This document shows positions 14,879 to 29,700 of a DNA stretch of 64,000 bases, piece after piece. How positions within the stretch are numbered: the first letter of the stretch is position 1; each line of letters starts with the position of its first letter. The stretch lies in assembly GCA_964035545.1 (NCBI GenBank), contig OZ037768.1, positions 16,785,875-16,849,874 of the forward strand. The letters run 5' to 3'. The stretch comes from Bugula neritina (Eukaryota; Animalia; Bryozoa). The notes under the pieces were generated by a model that saw only the letters and a list, made by a program, of their open reading frames with translations, was not told the DNA's origin and made no database searches. A program made the position numbers and the translations under genes.

Positions 14879-15859
14879 GATTTCAGATGCCGTTCTATAA
14901 ACTTAAATTCTTTAGCCCATAGCAAATATTATGTTAGGAATATATAACTGCTCAATTAATCTTTTGCTATAATCTATCAATGTTGTTATGAGTTTGCTGA
15001 ATGAAATTTTTTTTGTATTATAGTATTTTCTGATTTTACAAAGACGTACTCGGCACACTTTTATGTGACATAAATGACATGCACTTGAAAATGTTATATA
15101 TAAATTATTTGTAAGTAAGTGTTGCTTTACATTATCCTCATTTTTAAAGTTGTTTAAATTGATTTTTGAGAGTATGCTTGTGAATAGCAGTTTACAAGAT
15201 CTCACTTAATGTATGTATTTTTATGTTAAAATCTCCTCTATAAATGTTTGATTTCAAGAAACTTCAATAATTTTTGCCCTTCCAGGCTTATATTTTCTAA
15301 AAAAAATATGCTGTTGAAATTACTTTCTGAATATAACAATCTGCATTAGATTTTGTTTAATGTTTAGAACCAAACCAGTTTCTTAGCATATGTCTCAGTG
15401 AATCATTTGTTGACACACTAGTCTCACAAGTGTCCCTTTTTGATCATAAGTTTCTTATTTCTACCTAGAAATTATTCAGAAGTTTGATCTAGCTTATACT
15501 GTTGCTAAATGTGTTACATAGACAATAGGCACACACGCACACACACCACACAATTGTGCGTTCAAGTTTTCTGTTCTATTTCCACTGTAATATAATCATA
15601 CTTATACAGTTTGTTAACATCATAAATAATTCATCAATTACATAATGAGGCAGGCATCGAAAAACCTGATGCCATATTTTTGAAGTTGCATAAATGTAAT
15701 ATCCTTAGACTGTTATAACAACTGCTTCACCATTAATTTGAAATAGCATAAATTTATATTTTTATAGTAATTTGTTGAGGTTAAAGCCGTGCACGGTTTT
15801 AGCTTATGCTTCGGTTTTGCAGTGTTGCAATACAGCAGCAATGGTGGGACTACTCCAAA

Positions 15860-15941
15860 AAACTATAACAATTTTCTTCAATTTAACACCCATCCCATCA
15901 ATGGGTTAAGCCACTCTGCTCTCTTCTTGCAAGAAATGCAG
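15860..15941 (+). promoter_or_regulatory. Putative non-coding first exon of MIOS (5' boundary uncertain)
   Basis: Donor CAG|GTGAGA at 15941/15942, followed by low-complexity TAA/TAG DNA; the MIOS ATG exon has an acceptor (17788-17789) only 5 nt before the ATG. Confidence 0.4.
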
Positions 15942-17174
15942 GTGAGACGGATATGCAATTACAAATTATTGCAAAGCAAGTGTAGACGTCAGTGGTATTC
16001 ATATTTCGATTTCAGTATAATAATGTTGATTGATATCCATATATAAATAATAATATAAATACTATCACTATGTTAGAAGCTCTTAGAAGCTATGTGTCAT
16101 TATGAAATTTTAGAGTAATCAATACTAATAGCAACTACTGATACTAATAGAATATATGCACTATTAATAAAATTAAAATATGACGTTGCATTTGTGATTT
16201 GACTGCTAGCTAACTCTAAGTTTAACTCTATCACATTCACTATGAGTATGTCTAATAGTAATAGTTATAGTAATAGTAATTACTAAGTCACTTACCAAGT
16301 GTAAGTCTAATGTCTAATACTAAATCCAATAGAGTAATACTAATACTAAATCTAATAGAAATACTAATACGTAATACTAATAGTAATACACTTACAGTTA
16401 CAGTAAAACTAAATATAATGCAAATACTGAAATAGTAATACTAATACTAATCGTTATATTTATAGTAATACTTATGTACAATCACAATAAGAATGTTTAG
16501 CTTGAATTTCGCATTTTCATTCTGATCTCTCTTGATGTTAGTGTCAGTGTTACACTCAATCTTACTCACTGACTCTCTGTCTTACCCTTACATTTAGACT
16601 TAGACTTGAAGTTAGTGTTATTATTACACCTACAGTTACACTTACAGTATTGCTATTATTATTAGTATTACAGTAAAACTAAATGTAATAGTAATACTAT
16701 TACTATTACTTTTAATATTACTGTTGATAGCAAACTGTTGTTTAATTATTAAACATTTAAAGTTTATTAAACTATAATTTATGTTTATGGATATCATTTA
16801 GCAATCATCATTAACCTACTAATATGCTACTAATTCTGCTAATCACATTAAAATGATATTGCCATTATTGATGGTTCATAATTGTTCTATTATTATGCTA
16901 ATATTATAAGTCTGTGTTCAGAATGTTATAATTAATTACCATTTTTCAAAGGGCCACAAATGGATTACTCAATATGAGTGGGATAGAGATGTTAAGAAAC
17001 AATTATACGCTGACTGCAACGTGCATTGCCATGTTGGTTAATGACATATTTTGTTAATTTAGTTAATTTATGTTTTGAACATTTGAATCTTATTCATGCT
17101 TTTGCACCTTATTTGTTGTGCATTTCAACTGAGGTTTGTGCCCTAACTATTACCTCATAATTTATCATTTTGGT

Positions 17175-17426
17175 TGCTAAATGCTAAATATTAAAATCTT
17201 GGCTTAAATTATTGTGTTAGTGTGGTTCTTTCATTTTCAAGTTTTGTAACTTGACAATGACTGAGTAGTGAGTTCAACTGTGTCACTAGCAGAAAATGAA
17301 GCAGTTAATTCAGGAGTAGAGGATGACAGTCTTGAAATGACAGTCTTCAAATGACAGTCTTGAAAATGAAAGAACCACACTAACATATAAATTTAAGCGA
17401 AGACTTTCAATATTTAGCATTTAGCA
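17175..17426. repeat. Inverted repeat (~67-bp arms) with internal triplicated ATGACAGTCTTGAA unit
   Basis: TGCTAAATGCTAAATATT...GTGTTAGTGTGGTTCTTTCATTTTCAAG pairs with CTTGAAAATGAAAGAACCACACTAAC...AATATTTAGCATTTAGCA. Confidence 0.85.
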
Positions 17427-17794
17427 TACTCTTTATGCAAATGATGTTGGCTACTAATCATAGATCCTACTTTTTCTTCTCTTACATTTATAAAGCTTTT
17501 TTAAAAAGTTTGGTATTGACTAAACTTACTCAAAATAAAGATGTGTGTATCAACAAGTATTTGTGATTACAGAAGAGGGTAAGCATGTAACCCAAATGAT
17601 CCTCTTTTTAGACATTTTTTGTTTTCTTGCATTGAAAATAACCTTTTGCATTGTGAAAAACATTAAATCAATTAGAGTTTGTGATTTTCAAATTTTTAAT
17701 GATGCAAAAAGTTCAGCCTCATAAAATGATAGAAAATTATAAATCCATTGTTGTAAATGTATATATTTCTTTGTAAGTTGTTATTTTAGTGAAG

Positions 17795-20700
17795 ATGTTG
17801 TCGTCTTTGTCTCGGTTAGATTTGTTTTGGTCACCCAGTAAAAGAGATAATTATATCGTGTTTGGATCTGATATTACTTTATACAAGGTAGACAAATATG
17901 ACCGTCACAACTCCAATATTGATCAACAAGGTATTCATCTTATCATTTTATTATGCTAAATAAATATTGGTTTAATTATATTCCTCCATAACTCTATTAG
18001 GCTGCTAAAATCAATTCACATTGAATGCAAACATGGCTAGAGAACATTTTTTTTGGCAAGTTGGCTTCTAGTTAAACACTAATTTGGGTTGGGAAAGTTT
18101 GTTTAAAGTTATTAGAAATTGTACTTATAATGAGTCAAACTAAGTAAAAGTAGAAAACGTTTTAATTTTGGTAAGTTTTAGGAGGTAGTGTTTTAGGAAC
18201 TGGGCAAGCACTGTTTAATAACTTACAGCATGTTTTGGCTACTGATGCAAAACTTACTTTTAGATTTTAAGGGACAGCCAAAATTTATTTGTCTTAAAAA
18301 TAAGTTCCAAATTGTGAAACTGGTTGACAACCGACATATTTAGATAGAATATTTTTTGGGATACATTATAGTATTTTTTCTCTTATCTCTTAATTCTTAT
18401 CATGACAAATTTTTGCTGACATAGGTTTGCTTTCTGAGGATACATACGCCAAGTATTTATCTCATGCAGAAAGTCAGTATCCAAAAGTAAGTGAAATCTT
18501 GATCCTTATCTACTTGTACAGTGTAGTTTAATAGTGGTTGGTTATAATACTATCTACCTATACTTATTCAGTTATAATCATTCAGCTATAATGTGTGTTA
18601 TAACTTGAGACTTTGGTATAGCTTGCTGTAGTGGTTGGTCTGTGTAGGCTAAAGAGATTATGTTTAAATTGGTGATAGAGGTTTATTTGTAATGATAGAA
18701 AGATTTTAGGGGTAAGCCACATTGTATTTCTTAAAATATAATAGTTCAATAAATAAACATATGTTTGTGAATGTGATTTTAGTGCATGTCATGGTACCCA
18801 AAGGCAGACAGAGATTACTTGGTAGCTGTAGGCCACGTGAATGGCAGGGTATCATTAACCAGCCTCGATCAAAAGAAAAATGATGAACTAATTGGAAAAG
18901 AGTTTGGTAAGCTATTGTCAAACAAGCCTCTTTTTTAGGATCTTCGTTAAAAATTAAGATTGTTCCTTTATCCCTTTATTTGTATTTTCAGCTCCTAGAC
19001 ACAGTAGACAATGCTGGTGTGTTGCCTGGAACTCGGAGTCTTCTTCCACAACAATGGTGAGTGGTGTAAATGTACAACATGCTTGTTAAAGCGCTGTCAG
19101 ATTCTTGGGTTCAGGCCTAAAATGTGATGTTTTTACTCGCACAGCATGTGCACTCAAGGTTGAGTCTTAGAGCAGCAGATAAATTTCATTTGATTTTTTA
19201 TAATACAACTTTTTGGAAATTGTAGTTTTTGTGGTTGAAGTTCATTGAGCTACAAGGTGAATCTATTCTTATTCTAATATATTAGAATAGGAATAAATTC
19301 AACTATAAAATCTCAGTATCAAAGTTTTCCCATTCTCTTAATATAAAATCTTTTATCCCGAGATTTTGTTGTAATTTTAAATAATCAATAAGAAAGTCTT
19401 TTTAAGTAGGTATATATTGACCCATAACTTGCAAAGTATTGTTAGTTTAGAGTTAAATATATATCTTGAATTAATTTTTTGTAATGACCCAGAAATTGAA
19501 ATATGGCAAACAACTTCCCTAAGTATTTTTCACATGTAGAATATAAATATTAAGATATATTATTTACTTACTCTAAACATATAAGTTTTAAATGACAAAA
19601 TTTGTCTTTTGCAACATAGAAAAATTTTTGCGCCAATATAATGTCTGCAATAATGAAGCATAAAGCCAGACTTTTGTTAGTTTTTGCCATATTTTGTTTG
19701 CCATAGTTGTTTTTAATCAAAATCACAATAGTTTCTTTTTTAAATTGATTTTCATGTTCAAAAAATAGTTGAAACTTTGTGCAAAGCTTATAAATTGTTA
19801 ACACATCATTTATAATTTAGAAAAAAGTTGTTGTTTTCAGATCAAAACACATGTTACTAACCAAATGTGATAAACGTTACGTTATTGGGTATTTAGTTGG
19901 CTGCTGGTCTAGATAAATACAGGACTGATACAAGTCTACTTATCTGGGATATCAACGGGAAAGGGAGTGAGGGTTCTGGGTCAGAGCTGGGAAAGGTTGT
20001 AAGAGAGTATGGTAAGGTCATTTCTATATGGTAACTTCTTCTTTTTGAATTGGCTAAATTTACGTTCTCGCTAAATATTCATTGGTTGTAAATCTATAAT
20101 AGGTCATGCCTACAAATGAATATTATAATTATACTGCCGTACTAAATTTTTCAGTTGTGTCGTTAATGTTTTGTGGGCTGTCATAGGCTCAAAAGCACTC
20201 ATAATCTAATTAGTTGTTGTCTTACTTTTGTTACAGGAAGTTCCGAAGCCACATACTCATTGGCTTGGACGTCTGCAAATCATATAATAACTGGGATGAA
20301 TAAATATTTACGAGTCATAGATTTACGCCGTAAGTTGAATTTATCGAGATATTTACATTTCTAAGTGTATATCACATTTTGTTTTGGGCACGTATTTGCT
20401 TGCAGAAGCATAAATAATATATAATGTGATACTGACCAGTTCTAAAAAGTATTAGTAGCAGCTGGATTTATTGGTATACATTTGTGTGTGCAGAAGATAA
20501 AGATAAGTTTGCCAACACTACTCAGACCAAAGCTGTGTATGGGATATGCATCGACCCGCAGTGGGAACAGAAGGGCATTGCTTCATACCTAGAGAACCAG
20601 GTCTACATATGGGATTTGAGGAAGTTTGATAAACCAGCCCATAGTCTTCCTTTGCAGAAATCATCCATTGTGAAGGTACCTCCTTACAGCAATGGGCATA

Positions 20701-23700
20701 TTATTAGGCTGGTGTCGGTGGTTTAAATTTGTCTGCTAGCGAGTAACTTTTGAAACTACAATACTTTAGCAAAGTTTTTTCTTCTCCATGGTTAGGGCAC
20801 AAATTGAAGGAATGGCAAACGTAGCATCAAAAACAACATGTCAATGCCATTTCGGTTTGTCAATATGCAGTCAGTCATACATCAAAATTATAATGTTTGC
20901 TGTAGGACGTTTGGACCAATCACACTTAAGCAAGTTATTTTATGCAGTGCCTTGTATATTTTTCACAAATTAGTAGCAATGTTCTTCTCTCAAGACATAA
21001 TATGAATGTCATTGGCTAGATAAAAACAATTAAAAGAACAATCTTTATTAAATATATATTTCGAAATAACTGTGCTAACTAATTTGAAGAATAAATATTA
21101 TTTTAACTGTCCATTCAGTTTTTAGGTTTTTGGTTTGCATGTTTAGGTAATTAGTTGAAGCTAAACTTTCAAGCTAGGTTTAGTTTAAAGAAGCCTCATA
21201 ATCATCTGTTAATCTTTTGAAGATATGGAATTTCGTAAATTAAATCAGCATCAACTAAAATAACCTAGTGAAAAAAATCTTCAAATTTTAGGACCGCATC
21301 AACTCATTGGATATATAAATGTCCAATAAGGTGACATAAATTTTACCCAATCTCTGATTTCAATAACGTCTCTCTATCCAATAGGATCGCGACGTAATTT
21401 TTGTGTTTGATCCTGTGCAAAATGACTAACGTCTGGCTCCTATTGGATTGGAAGACGTTCTCAAAGTCTGCTATTGCTCTGATGTCACAGCTGCTTGATT
21501 TTAGAACGAATTGGTCTAGTTTTAGCGATGCGTTCAGCACATTGAACATGAAAATTTGTGTTCAGCAATGTGCCTATTTCATTGGCTGATGGCTGAGTGG
21601 CTGAGTATTTTTACTTGTTCCACGTGCTATATTCTTATTTATTCAACATAGCCCTTCAAAAGCTAGACTTTTCATTAAGTCTGGCTAAATTATGTTCGTA
21701 AACGTAATTAAATTCTACAATTGAAGATTTATCTGGTAAGTTCGGCTAAAATATACGAGTGTAGATTTAGTTTGATCATGCTAGCAAATCTACGTTAAAT
21801 TATGCTAGTGGATTTTATTAAAGAATCCATGACATACTTTACTTATGTAGTATTAAAATGCTCTACATAAGTGAAGTGTGACGTGGATTTTTTAAATTTA
21901 AATAAAACTAATAAAGCTCATTGAATTATTCTAGTAAATTTGACTAAATTAGGCTAGTTTTTTGGCTATTGGTTGCTACGGGTAAGGCAGAAAAAGCTTT
22001 CATTTCCTGTTAGCTCCCGGATAGAATACGCCTTCATTGTTTGATATGTGGACAGCAAAGTTTAGGATGGGACATAAGAGCGATAGCAGTTTACTTTGAG
22101 CTGTAGTCTGGAGAGGCCATAATGCCTGACCTATGAGCCTTGATGTTTTTAAAAAATGACTGACATTTGCCGTTTTGTGTCCATTCGGCCAGACCTTAAG
22201 TCTAAGTTTGAGTTTGCTCATTTTTGCAGTATGGCTCACATTCTTCTGGAATCATAATGTAGAAACATCTTAGCATCACCACTTAAATCCATCACATAAA
22301 ATATAACAGTAAATAACAAAGCTATTGCACACAATTATGATATTTTGGGCTTGTCGTTTATTAATATAAGTGTAAACTAAGGACACCATGTTTGGTTAAA
22401 TATATTTTTATTGATGATTATTCTACTGATCTGTTGATAGTTATCAATGTCAGTAGATTATCGAGTTTAACCGAAATGACAAGTACTTAGTGTTAGCATT
22501 TCAAAAACATTTACATCAAAATAAAAATTAATTTCTAAGTCTTCTGGTTTCTACAATATAATATTATGTTTAAGAAAAAAGAAGCATGTCACTATAAAAC
22601 AGCAAATGTATGCTTTGCAATATTTTGAACCAAATTATTGAAGACATATCTAATATCAACTAACAACTTTATTCGGAAACATAATATTATTCATGCACCT
22701 TGCAAAAATATTTGAAGAAAAAATTTTTTTACCAACTGATTCGAAAAATATGTGTTTAAAGTTTAGCTATTATTGCTAAAACATCTCTTATATTAAATTC
22801 GATTAAATGATATTGGCATCAAATGAATAAAGTTTAAACATTAATATGAATTCACCATCCCTCTCTGTTCTATTGTTTGGCTTTGGTTTTTGTAATTACT
22901 GAAAGCAAATCTTGCAAGCTAAGTTTGATTTCAACGAACTGAATTAGCTACAATTTTTTTTATTTTTGGGGGTTTGTGTAAATTGAATTAGCATTTGAGC
23001 TTGAAAGAAACTAGAATAGCGAAAAAGTTCTTCAAATTTTAACATTATAACATCTTCTCAGACATAAATGTCCATTAAGGTGAACTACAATTTATCTAAT
23101 CACAGTCTTTTTGTCCAATAGTTTTGTTTCCATGCGACCTAGCCTTAAAGACCTGTTCTCTTAGAAATGGTATTTTTATTAATCCTAGAGCCCCAACATC
23201 CAACGGGACCCATTCAATTAAATTGAAGCACTGTTTGATTCAAAAGTATTCATTGAGTACCTCTTAGACAAAAAGTCACTCCAAGGTCTGTGATAGGATA
23301 AATTTTAATGTTACCTTATTGGCCATACATGTCCAATAAGGGAATATAATGCCAGAATTTTGAAGTTTTTCTGCTGTTTCAGTTCTCTTTATTTTTGAAT
23401 TTTTTTAAATTTAGTGTGAGAAGATTAAAAGATATTTGTTTTTCCGGCTTGTTGAAATTAGACTTAGTTTATACGATTTTTTTTGTCTATTTAAACAAGT
23501 GAAACATGAAACAAAAATTGAGCAGTGACGGGGAACTTATAATAACATTTACCACCATCATTTATTATTACTTGCATTGTTGAACTGAATATATTAGAAA
23601 AAATGCTTCAGCTCTAATGAAGTTTATTTAAATTTAGATATTTATTTTTCAAGTCAATTTCTAAGAATGCTTCAAGAATGATATTCAAGATACTTTTTAA

Positions 23701-26700
23701 AATTTTCTTATCTGGTAAGGTTTCTGGATAATAGTGCTGTTGGTTATTGCTATGCAGATACTGTACCACGGAAAATAATTTGCAGAATTTTTATTGTTAC
23801 AGTCTAAAATTGAACGAAATAATTTTGTTCTGAGCAATGGATGTATGTAGACCATGGTTACCTAACTGTTTCGAAGCAAGGACCACTTTGTTAAATTTAG
23901 CTTAAACTGTGGACTATGGCAGGTCATTGTTTTTCAAATTGATATTATAAATAAATATTCTGAAATATCAACCTAAATAATCAAGGTTCTTCTTAATTTT
24001 GCTTGATTTCCTATGTTTTTTTTTTCTTTATTTGGCTAATTTGGATTGTGGACTGTTACGAAAAAACCGTAAAGGTCCACAATCAAAAGTAGCTGAATAA
24101 TTAGGAAAAAACATGAAAATCAAGCAAAGTTGAAAAGAACCTTGATTGTTTAGGTGTATTTATTGATATTTTACTAGTTTTGGGCAAAATCCCGTGTTCA
24201 TTAGCAGCTAAATTATAAACAAGAGCTAAAAACTGGAGATTTCCAGTGTGTACTAAATTAATTAAAATGACTATGAAAAGTTCTGTTCCAAAAGGGGACA
24301 TAAACTATTCTTGAAACAAATTAGATGATGTTCTCTTGATATTTAAAATGGCATAACCAAACTTTTTTTTTCAAAATGAACCGTAGCTATCATTTCAACA
24401 TGCTTTAATAATTAATTTGTTTCAACGCGGGGCATATCCACAGGAGCTTGTTAGTGAAAGGGGACAATCCAACTATCCAATTAAAATTGGATTTCAGCGC
24501 AAAATTGTCCCATCAGCATGCATACAATTATTTGCTGCAGTAAACTTTCAAAATGACCATGTCTAACAGCATAACTGAAGAGTATGCTCAAATGCTGTCA
24601 TGTTCCAATACCGAAACACCCTCTGGCCCAGAATGTCACTATATTTTAGTGATGTTAGCCTTTAAATCTTTTTTGATTTTAATTCTATTTGCTCATTGTA
24701 AAATAAAGCTAATTTGCTCAACACTCAACTGATTTATTGTAACAAAATAGCACATATCCATGGAGATGTCTCATTTTCAAACAAAGCATCCAAGTACCTG
24801 AATATGACAGTAGACTGAAATGTTTGCCATCATACCATATAATATGTAGGATGCAACAGAAATTTTAGAATATAATTTGAGCCTCTGCTTCAATGTTTTA
24901 AAATATGTTAATCTGCAATTTTAAAAAATGGAGATGTCCCATTTTGAAATGGAGCTCTCCGTATATAACTAGATACAAAGTATAATATCAACATGTACAT
25001 ATTCAAGCTAAATATCTCAATGTTAAGGTCTTTCCTCACAAAGGTATAGGTAACTAGTACAAGGTACAACCAGGAGTGAGACACTTCGTACTGGTTGCTT
25101 TAGGTAATGTCAATGTCAAGGTTGACCCCTTCTCCATTCCATATGCCTACTCAGTTGATAGAAATCAGTTCTTACAGGAATTTTCAAAGAAATTCCCGTT
25201 TTACACACGATAATTTCTATGAAATATGTGTTCAAATATCTGGCTGTTGTTGTTACAGACTAGTTAGCCAAATTTAATAAAAGTAATTTTATTTGTTATG
25301 CCTGAGGGCCACATAAATTTAGGCTGTCAGCCTTGCTGTGAACAACACGAAATGGCATTGACATTTTCACCTCCATATAACCCTTGCCTTTATATACAAA
25401 ATATTTATCTTCATAGCAGCTGTTCAAAAAGCCCTAATAATTACCAAATCAGCTGTTGAAAATACGACAATTTTGAAGAAGATTTAGATTTCAAAGCTGC
25501 GTCATAGCAAATACTTCCAAATTTACTTTCTCTTTGTTTAGTTGGCGTGGTGTCCTAAGCGCCTCGGATTACTGGCATGTCTTTGCAAAGATAGTAACGC
25601 TATTCGAGTGTTTGATCTTCAGCATTTGTCCAATGTGGACTATGAGCAGCCGTTCAGCGAGAGGCCTGTAGACTGTATGTATTCCTCTATTTGACTAAAT
25701 ACTAAATGTTTCATTTTTTAGCTGCCATTAAATATGTATATAAATTATAGTCTATCATAATACCTGCAGTAGCAGTTTTCCATTTTGCTTTCTATAATTT
25801 ATATTTATTTGTTAATTTTTTATAAATGAAGAACTTAATTTTGTAGCCCCCTCTGGCGAGCCTTTAGCATCATTTGACTGGCATCCTGTTGACGAGAATA
25901 GGCTGCTGACTATAAACATGACAGGAAGAGTAAGCGACATCAAACTGTTTGAAAGAATCGCTATTGTGAGTTCTTTACACTCGAGAGCATATATGCTGAA
26001 TAAAGTGAATGACATCTATTACTTCGCTATACCAAAGTAACTCACTCTGTATTAACTGTTAAAAGCAATAAACTGACAACAACAACAACTCTTAGTTTCA
26101 CATCACATTCACTGTTAGAGATGACTCATTCCACTCTCTCTGTCTGTAGGACATGAATCCATGCGAGTCGGGGACTCAGCAGCTGTGTTACTCTCAGGTC
26201 AAGCAGTTTGGTCTCTACAACTTTGACAATAAACATGACATCAGCTCAATCATGAGACAAAGAGCACTGAGCCAGTATGGACTGCATGTAGGTTCTGCCC
26301 CCACTCATCCATTCCCGAGTTTATTCTGTATTGTTATATGGTTTTCATAACTTGAATCTTTCATAGCTATCAGTTTCAACTTGCGTCTTGACTAGCCACT
26401 TGTGTTGTTTAGGCTAGTCTCTTATGTTCTTTAGGCTAGTCCCTTATGTTGAACTTTAGGCTATTCATGAAGAAATCATCAGTCCAGTGCACGCACACAG
26501 ACCGGAGGCTCAACTGTGGAGCTGGGCGAGACATCTGACTACTCTCTTGGAGACAGATGAGAAGTTTAGTAGGCATGCTGCCACCTCTGACATTGCTGCC
26601 GATGGTCAGTCTGAATCTCTCACCCGCTTTGTTGGAGCCAAACATATCACAGAGAAGCTGGAAAGCAAACCCGTTGTTGTGAAATGGGATGGTGTGGGCG

Positions 26701-29700
26701 GAGAAAACCTGCCACCACTAACGCATTACTACAGTGTTGAAAGGTGGGCAATGAGTAGGTGCATGGTATGGAAGGTTAGTTATTTTAATAAACGTTGCAT
26801 ATACAGAGATGTTAGTTTAGGTATAGAGTTGAGTATATAGAGAGGTTGATTGAGTTCTCACGCTCTGGTGGTTTTTGCAGAGAGAAGTGTTTGAAGATAT
26901 GCAAATGGCCGTGTAGACCTCACGGTGAAGGACGCAGACCATCTTTCAGCCGATCCATGGATGGATTAGACCGGCAGGATCAGGTGACGGCAGTGGTCAG
27001 CAGGTGTGTGCTAAATATTGGTATTAGTAGGATGGTTGAGTCTCTAGTATAGCAATCTTGATCTCTACACTATTATATCATACGTTAGATAATTGTGATA
27101 ACCCTGCAGGGGGGAGCAAGCTATCATTTCAGTCACGAGAGTAATGCTCTCACAGAGCTAATTACAGTTTGTGATAGATTAAAGGGAATGTCAGTGCCAT
27201 AGTTTAAGTGTATCAATAAAATACTAGCTAAACAGCTAGAAGCTGTTGTTATTCATGTAATATATTTTATATAATATATAATATATATATTATATATAAC
27301 ATATAATATATATAACATATAATATATATAAAAGACGTATGGTAAAAATATGATGAATTTTCTAGCTTATACCATTTGTTCTGGTTTAACACTTTTCATG
27401 AGTATTCTGTTGTGTTGACTCAAACATCACATTCAAGTTTACATTTGATTTTCTCACAGCTTAGAAAAAGAGGGGTGCTTTGAAAAGGCCACTGCCATTT
27501 CACTCTTCCACGGGCGGATAGACGACGCCCTCAATATATTGAACAGGGGGGCCGAATATGGTGAGAAAGACTAAACATACCTTAGAAATACTTGCCTGAA
27601 GTGTTTTTTTATTGAATTATTACAGTCTTTTGTCAGTGTAGTGTGTAATGTACGCAAGTATTCAATTAAGGAGAAGTTTCAAATGACAGAAAAGTAGTTA
27701 ATACTTAGCAAAACTTACTAGTACCTAATCATTGTAGATTTTCTGTTGAACAAGCACAGCGGATAATACTATTTCAATCAATTATATTTCTCTTTGCTTT
27801 TGCTTTCAGCTGTTATTTACTGCGTTCTAAAGTAGATAATTTCATTCAAATGTTGCATTCCAAAACTGCTAATATCTTTTAATCATTTGTGTTATTTAAA
27901 TTGTAAAACTGGATAATGCATAGTTGAGTAGATCCTGCAAAGTCTTCTTCCCGTCTAACAATACTTTTCTACAGCTCATGTGTTGGGTGTTGTAATTAGT
28001 TTGGTTTTATGCTCTAATTTTATAGCAAGCACACATGGCCTGGGTAGCGGCATCAACCTCAGTATTGTGGCCATGGCCCTTGCCGGCATCAACACCGCCA
28101 ACAACGCCCTCTGGCTGTCCAAGTGTAGAGAGCTCTATAATAAGATTGACAATCCGTATCTTAGGGCCACGTTTGCGTTTCTCACCTGTGGCACAAACTA
28201 CAAACAAATAATTGTAGGTCTTCAATATCTATACCTAAAATTACTCTTGAATTAAAATTCTATTTGATTTGTTGACTGTCTGCATGTGAAACATAAACAT
28301 GCATTAGGTGGTATGCAGATGGTATAATTATGCTCTTGCCAAGCATATCATTATAATAATGCACTGCGCCTCCTCCCATTTATTATTGCCGAAACTCATC
28401 CTCCAGTTTGTGTTTTAGTAAGTTTTAGTAGACTGCTTAATATGTATACTAGATTCTCTTTTCAGTCAGCTAATTTTATTTTTAATTTTTCTTTGGAAGG
28501 AAAAATTTTATAGTGACAAAAAGTTATTATTGCAATATGTTGTTACCAACTGGCCAGCATGCTATATAACGTATATGTAATGTAATATGTTGTTTTGTCA
28601 GTCCAAATCCGACATCTCCATAGCTGACAAAGTTGCATTCGCCTGTCTCTTCCTGCCCGACAATGAACTGAAGGCTTACTTCAAAGATTTAGAAAATGAA
28701 GTCATAGAATCTGGAGATTTATCTGGGGTGCTAGTTACTGGTAAGCATAGGCAGTGATAGTTTATACAGGAGTTGTCTCACTTTTTATTTTGTTCACCAA
28801 GTTTTATTGCTAATATACTTAGTCCTGACTATTCACAGAGTGATTACAGTTGTTGCATAAGTATATTTTAATTGTATCAAAGATGAATTTGATTCTACAT
28901 ATTACACATGCACACACACACGCACGCAAGCACACACACACAGACACACACCACACACACACACACACAGACACACACACAGACACACACCACACACCGC
29001 ACACACACCGCACACACACCGCACACACACCGCACACAGAGACACACCGCACACACACCACACACACACACACCACACCGCACACACACACCGCACACAC
29101 ACCGCACACAGACACACACCGCACACACACACACACACACACACACCGCACACACACACACACACACCGCACACACACCGCACGCACACCGCACACACAC
29201 CGCACACAGACACACACCGCACACACACACACACACACACACCGCACACACACACACACACGCACCACACACACGCACCATATATCTTATTTTACAAGAT
29301 TTGAATGGCTAAACGCATTGAGAGACAGCTGTTTGCCTTCGGACAAAACTTTTGTTTATTGAAAAATGATCATTCAATACTTTTGGGTCGCTTATAAGAA
29401 ATGCTAACACTAGCTGTAGCTGTATAATATTAAAATAACATATTCTTCTATATTTCTGACAGGGTTGGACTACGCTGGTGTAAATTTGTTGCAGACGTAT
29501 ATAGATAATACAGGAGACATACAGACAGCCGCTCTTATTTTGATTCGCTCATTTCCCAGTAGGATACAAAATGACGAAAGAGTGGAGAATTGGATAGAGC
29601 AGTGAGTCTGTCACTTTGCTGGCTGTTGTAATGCTTTTGCTGAACTTTCTAAAACCATCTTTTTCACATAATTTTTGCTACATTTTCTCTGCTTCAGTTG

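Larger units (their letters stand above)
20838..25364. mobile_element. Candidate ~4.5-kb decayed DNA-transposon-like insertion filling the long MIOS intron (20676-25541)
   Basis: Perfect 17-bp inverted repeat ATGTCAATGCCATTTCG (20838-20854) / CGAAATGGCATTGACAT (25348-25364) near the two ends of the gene's longest intron; internal recurring ATGTCCAATAAGG-like motif (~21320, ~23068, ~23329). No TSD or transposase recognised. Confidence 0.45.

Noticed and set aside
15699-15706. ATATCCTT resembling a U12-type 5' splice site
   Set aside because: Lies between genes with no adjoining exon; all modelled introns are ordinary GT-AG.
28819-29362. Five overlapping His/Thr- or Cys/Val-rich ORFs
   Set aside because: Translations of an intronic (CA)n microsatellite.
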